DNA of 9,929 nucleotides from Escherichia coli (GTDB lineage Bacteria; Pseudomonadota; Gammaproteobacteria; Enterobacterales; Enterobacteriaceae): NCBI RefSeq assembly GCF_003334255.1, contig NZ_QOWU01000086.1; one strand, 5' to 3'. Shown piece by piece: positions 8,324 to 9,929 of this stretch (position 1 is its first letter; each line of letters starts with the position of its first letter). The notes under the pieces were generated by a model. It saw only the letters and a program-made list of their open reading frames with translations, ran no database searches and was not told where the DNA came from. The position numbers and the translations under genes were made by a program.

Positions 8324-9865
8324 ATGAGACACTTTATCTATCAGGACGAAAAATCACATAAATTCTGGGCGGTGGAGCAACAGGGAAACGAGTTGCATAT
8401 CAGTTGGGGAAAAGTTGGCACCAAAGGGCAAAGTCAGATAAAAAGTTTTTCAGATGCTGCGGCAGCGGAAAAAGCGGAACTTAAGCTGATTGCGGAGAAG
8501 GTGAAGAAGGGGTATGTGGAGCAAGCGAAGGATAATTCTTTGCAACCTTCCCAAACGGTAACGGGCTCTCTCAAGGTAGCGGACTTATCCACCATTATTC
8601 AGGAACAACCCTCTTTCGTAGCAGAAACCCGTGCGCCTGACAAAAATACAGATGCTGTTTTACCGTGGCTGGCGAAAGATATTGCTGTCGTTTTTCCGCC
8701 CGAAGTTGTACACACCACGTTAAGTCATCGCCGCTTTCCCGGAGTTCCTGTTCAGCAAGCAGACAAATTGACCCAATTACGTCGCTTAGCCTGTAGTGTG
8801 TCGCAACGGGATAATAAAACAGCCACATTTGACTTCAGCGCCTGTTCTTTAGAATGGCAAAACACCGTCGCCCAGGCGATCAGTCAGATCGACGGCCTGA
8901 AAACAACACAGTTACCATCACCAGTAATGGCTGTACTCACGGCACTTGAAATGAAATGCACAAGATATAAAGTGCGTGAGGATGTTATGGATCAGATCGT
9001 CCAGGAAGGCGGTCTGGAATATGCTACTGATGTAATAATACACCTTCAACAGATTGATATTGAATGGGATTATGCGAATAATGTCATTATTATTCTGCCG
9101 TCTGGCATTGCACCTAGCTACTTGGAGCAATATTCCAGATTTGAATTACGCCTACGTAAACATTTATCACTGACGGAAGAGTCTCTCTGGCAAAAATGTG
9201 CACAAAAACTTATTGCCGCAATTCCACATATTCCAGAATGGCGGCAACCATTAATTGCTTTGTTATTACCCGAAAAACCAGAAATTGCACATGAAATTGC
9301 CCAGCGTCTACTGGGGCAAAAAAAATTACCCTCGCTTGAGTGGTTAAAAATAGTGGCGACTGATGAGCACATTCTTGCCTCATTAGAAAAATATCACGAA
9401 CCATATGCCATTTTTGATGATTACTATTGTGGTGCGATATGGTCAGCCACCGTATTACAGGAGCAAGGTGTTGCAGCCCTGCCCCGATTTGCTCCCTATG
9501 CCGCAAGTGACTACTGCGCCGATGTGTTGCGTCATATCAATCATCCGTTCGCATTGACACTGCTTATACGTGTAGCCGGGCAAACTAAACGCTGTCACGA
9601 TCGGATGACGAAAGCCATTGCTGCGTTCCCACATGCAGCAATGGCGGCACTGACGGAACTTCTTGGGCAAAAAGAAGAGAACAGTTGGCGCATTATGCTA
9701 ATGACAATGCTTATCTCACAACCAGCACTGGCAGAACAGGTCATTCCCTGGCTCTCGACACCCGCAGTTGCCGTACTGAAATCATGCCAGCAACAACTGA
9801 CACAGCCCTCAAACCATGCCAGCGCCGATCTACTGCCAGCCGTAGTAGTCTCCCATAAGCGCTAA
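8324..9865 (+). CDS. molR: WGR-domain protein, 513-aa ORF; probably the N-terminal portion of a MolR-like protein, possibly a pseudogene fragment
   Basis: The N-terminus YQDEKSHKFWAVEQQGNELHISWGKVGTKGQSQIKSFSDAAAAEKAELKLIAEKVKKGY has the WGR-domain pattern. A GGGA Shine-Dalgarno lies 6 nt upstream of ATG 8324. Position after metG matches the molR locus. The ORF stops at 9863..9865 while another forward frame is open from 9871 to the window end, which fits a frameshifted gene. Confidence 0.7.
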   Translation: MRHFIYQDEKSHKFWAVEQQGNELHISWGKVGTKGQSQIKSFSDAAAAEKAELKLIAEKVKKGYVEQAKDNSLQPSQTVTGSLKVADLSTIIQEQPSFVAETRAPDKNTDAVLPWLAKDIAVVFPPEVVHTTLSHRRFPGVPVQQADKLTQLRRLACSVSQRDNKTATFDFSACSLEWQNTVAQAISQIDGLKTTQLPSPVMAVLTALEMKCTRYKVREDVMDQIVQEGGLEYATDVIIHLQQIDIEWDYANNVIIILPSGIAPSYLEQYSRFELRLRKHLSLTEESLWQKCAQKLIAAIPHIPEWRQPLIALLLPEKPEIAHEIAQRLLGQKKLPSLEWLKIVATDEHILASLEKYHEPYAIFDDYYCGAIWSATVLQEQGVAALPRFAPYAASDYCADVLRHINHPFALTLLIRVAGQTKRCHDRMTKAIAAFPHAAMAALTELLGQKEENSWRIMLMTMLISQPALAEQVIPWLSTPAVAVLKSCQQQLTQPSNHASADLLPAVVVSHKR

Positions 9866-9929
9866 CTTAAGGGTTGAACCATCTGAAGAATGCGACGCCT
9901 CGGTGCCTCGTTAAGACGATGCCTCGCGT

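Noticed and set aside
8595-9670. Antisense ORFs inside the WGR/MolR-like ORF (8595..8828, 8918..9130, 9118..9372, 9210..9506, 9455..9670)
   Set aside because: They overlap a forward ORF that has a recognisable domain and a ribosome-binding site, and show no independent coding signals.
1-9929. Search for CRISPR arrays, tRNA or rRNA genes, and an obvious novel multi-gene system
   Set aside because: No regularly spaced direct repeats, no tRNA-like or rRNA-like segments, and every sizeable ORF is accounted for by recognisable fimbrial, housekeeping or IS genes. The window looks ordinary apart from the IS1 insertion and the MolR-like ORF.

Overview
This window reads as an ordinary Escherichia/Shigella-type chromosomal segment, and I do not see evidence of a previously undescribed system. 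All gene identities rest on recalled protein motifs and gene order; nothing was searched against a database. Order, left to right: (i) the terminal 77 bp of an IS1 element (minus orientation, IRL plus the first codons of insA) inserted into (ii) the 5' part of yehA, the last gene of a cryptic chaperone-usher fimbrial operon; (iii) yehB usher, yehC chaperone and yehD major subunit, all on the minus strand, preceded by a very AT-rich upstream region; (iv) yehE, a small secreted protein gene with its own terminator; (v) apbC/mrp (Fe-S cluster carrier ATPase, minus); (vi) metG (methionyl-tRNA synthetase, plus) with a clear intrinsic terminator; (vii) a 513-aa ORF with an N-terminal WGR domain, which I take to be the N-terminal part of a MolR-like protein. 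No tRNA, rRNA or CRISPR array was seen. The points most worth a second look are the IS1 disruption of yehA, the truncated and compositionally mosaic WGR/MolR-like ORF, and the hairpin between yehD and yehC that bears on the yehC start codon.
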